A DNA stretch of 32,000 nucleotides, taken from Aquifex aeolicus VF5. GTDB taxonomy: Bacteria; Aquificota; Aquificia; Aquificales; Aquificaceae. Shown piece after piece: positions 30,452 through 32,000 of this stretch. A program made the translations under genes and the position numbers. The stretch is from assembly GCF_000008625.1 (NCBI RefSeq), contig NC_000918.1, positions 30,001 to 62,000 of the forward strand, given 5' to 3'. The notes below the pieces were generated by a model. That model was given only the letters and a program-made list of their open reading frames with translations, was not told the DNA's origin and did not search any database. Numbering within the stretch: position 1 is the stretch's first letter; each line of letters begins with the position of its first letter.

Positions 30452-31675
30452 TCACTCTACACTCTTTCCAAAGAGCACTATAAAGATAAGTACTGGGATA
30501 AGCAAGGTAAATACGAGAAATTGAAGCCGATCCTTCTTTTCGAAGGAGACGAGCCATGCTATAATCGTCTGGAGGAGATAGTAAAAGGCGAAGGCCTTGG
30601 AGGCGTATGCGATAATCTCAAAGACGTTAGCGCTCCAAACTAGGGCAACTCCTACCAGTGTCGTGATTAAGTATCCGAATCGAGAGGAAACTCTGTGATT
30701 AGTTTCTTCGTATATTAGTCCCCCTGCGCCTATAGTGTCCGCAACTGCCGCACTAAATTGACTCATTAAGGGACCAAACCTGAGGAGGTATCCCAGAACG
30801 AGGGAAACTGCGGAAGCGAGGAATATAATTTCCGTTTCATCTAGCTTCTTAGGCGGATTGTGGACGAACACGGAAGTTATCAAAAACATAAAGGAAACGT
30901 AAATGAATCCCGAAATCCACTGGGCGAGTTTCATGCTCTTTACCCTCTCTTCTGGAGTGTACTCCTCGCCGAGGTATTTGGAAGTTTCAAATCCCTGAAC
31001 TATCAGGAGTATCCCTCCGAGCACCTCAAGGCTGTGAAGGTCAAAGGGTTTTACCTCTCCCGCAAAGGAAAAGTTTTTGTAGTTATAGTAAAGTAGAGCT
31101 GTAAGGAAAGAGAAGATAATTGAGAGCTTCAGTCCCACTGCATACTTTTCCATAAACTCCAGAAAGTGAAGTCTTCTTATGAAGCCCGAAATTCCGATGA
31201 ATAAAAGTAAACCCGTTGTGAGCAGTCTCTCGTAAACCTCGTTTCTTTCAAAAAATCCAGAAAAGACGAAAGAAGAGAGAAGTCTCAGGTAAAAGGCTAT
31301 GGAAATCATGTACGCGAAGGCAAGGGAAAGGTTTGAAAACCTCTCTACATCTAAGAGAAGGGCTTTTAGCTTGGAGCTTTCACTCCCGTAAAGAATGGGT
31401 TCAGCCTTTATGATGTTGTACCTTATCGCTCCTCCGATGAGGTAGGCTAGAATAACAATTCCTGCCATTCCCAGAATCGCATACTTTCCGAGAACGTAGT
31501 AAAGGAGAGGAGCGGAAACCAGATATCCGCTTCCTATAATTGAGGCAAGAGGCGTGACTGCAACTGTCCATAGTCTCTTTCTTTCCAGAAATGGACTCAG
31601 GAAAAACAGGAGGTATAGGATAAAAGAAGTAAAGACTATGTAGTCCGTAAGGGTTAAACGGTTAAGGATTTCCAT
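30452..31675 (-). CDS. uncharacterised polytopic membrane protein (about 11-12 TM; possibly a transporter)
   Basis: 407-aa hydrophobic ORF. PLASIIGSGYLVSAPLL faintly resembles the G-rich TM1 motif of APC-type carriers. I recognise no confident family. Confidence 0.6.
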   Translation of the reverse strand: MEILNRLTLTDYIVFTSFILYLLFFLSPFLERKRLWTVAVTPLASIIGSGYLVSAPLLYYVLGKYAILGMAGIVILAYLIGGAIRYNIIKAEPILYGSESSKLKALLLDVERFSNLSLAFAYMISIAFYLRLLSSFVFSGFFERNEVYERLLTTGLLLFIGISGFIRRLHFLEFMEKYAVGLKLSIIFSFLTALLYYNYKNFSFAGEVKPFDLHSLEVLGGILLIVQGFETSKYLGEEYTPEERVKSMKLAQWISGFIYVSFMFLITSVFVHNPPKKLDETEIIFLASAVSLVLGYLLRFGPLMSQFSAAVADTIGAGGLIYEETNHRVSSRFGYLITTLVGVALVWSANVFEIIAYASKAFAFYYLLQTIIAWLVSFEKKDRLQFLVFTLLIPVLIFIVLFGKSVE

Positions 31676-31695
31676 TCGTGTTAAATTATATTCTC

Positions 31696-31998
31696 ATGTA
31701 CTACGCTCTCCTTACACTATTCGTAATAATTGCAGTTGTACTCATTATCTCCACGCTCCTTCAAAAGGGAAGGGGAGACGTCGGTGCGGCTTTCGGCGGT
31801 GGTATGGGGCAGTCCATATTCGGCGTCGGCGGAGTTGAGACTATCCTCACAAAAGCCACTTACTGGCTTGGAGCACTCTTTTTAGTCCTTGCACTCCTTC
31901 TTTCGGTCATTCCAAAGGAAAAGGGTTCTGTAGTTGAGAAAAGTGTTCAAACTGAACAAAGTGAAGGTAAAGGAACTACTCAAGAAAGTGGAAAGTGA
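31696..31998 (+). CDS. secG: preprotein translocase subunit SecG
   Basis: From ATG 31696: MYYALLTLFVIIAVVLIISTLLQKGRGDVGAAFGGGMGQSIFG is the SecG signature. The track start at 31678 is a GTG 6 codons upstream. Confidence 0.85.
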   Translation: MYYALLTLFVIIAVVLIISTLLQKGRGDVGAAFGGGMGQSIFGVGGVETILTKATYWLGALFLVLALLLSVIPKEKGSVVEKSVQTEQSEGKGTTQESGK

Positions 31999-32000
31999 GT

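Overview
This is a very compact bacterial chromosomal segment: roughly 95% coding, about 50 genes, and many 1-17 nt gene overlaps. The proteins are rich in K/E/I/Y/F. Several sequences I recognise (metal-type KdsA with GPCAIES, tandem TatA paralogs, a long TrmB, class Ia NrdA) point to a hyperthermophilic Aquificae genome, probably Aquifex aeolicus or a close relative. That assignment is from recall and cannot be verified here.

Gene content in order: pyrD 3' end, phhB, bamA, a SPOUT-mraY-ubiA operon, a ccsA-like gene, fabZ, sfsA, mogA, speE, rpsF-ssb-rpsR-tatA-tatA, trmB and a CaCA exchanger. A long minus-strand operon follows, secY-adk-map-infA-rpmJ-rpsM-rpsK-rpsD-rpoA-rplQ, extended by yggT and an orphan 4Fe-4S protein. 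After that come rpmB-aroC-tsaB, an EAL phosphodiesterase, kdsA-modB, nrdA, an unknown 407-aa membrane protein and secG. I saw no rRNA, tRNA, CRISPR array, transposase or integrase.

The best candidate for an undescribed system is 25134-27964. It holds a palindromic enhancer-like site and a consensus sigma-54 promoter. These drive two paralogous roadblock/LC7-like (DUF2173-like) proteins, an SCP2-fold protein and a PAS-AAA+-HTH activator, which is interrupted by one in-frame TAG.

The second candidate is the only large non-coding gap (7527-7922), which is rich in repeats and hairpins. It lies next to an unannotated 35-aa hydrophobic peptide gene with a strong Shine-Dalgarno (SD) site.

There are three apparent single-base coding lesions: a PRTase frameshift, an rpmJ frameshift in an A-run, and the amber codon in the activator. 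One of them hits an essential ribosomal protein gene, so sequencing error is a serious alternative to pseudogenisation for all three.
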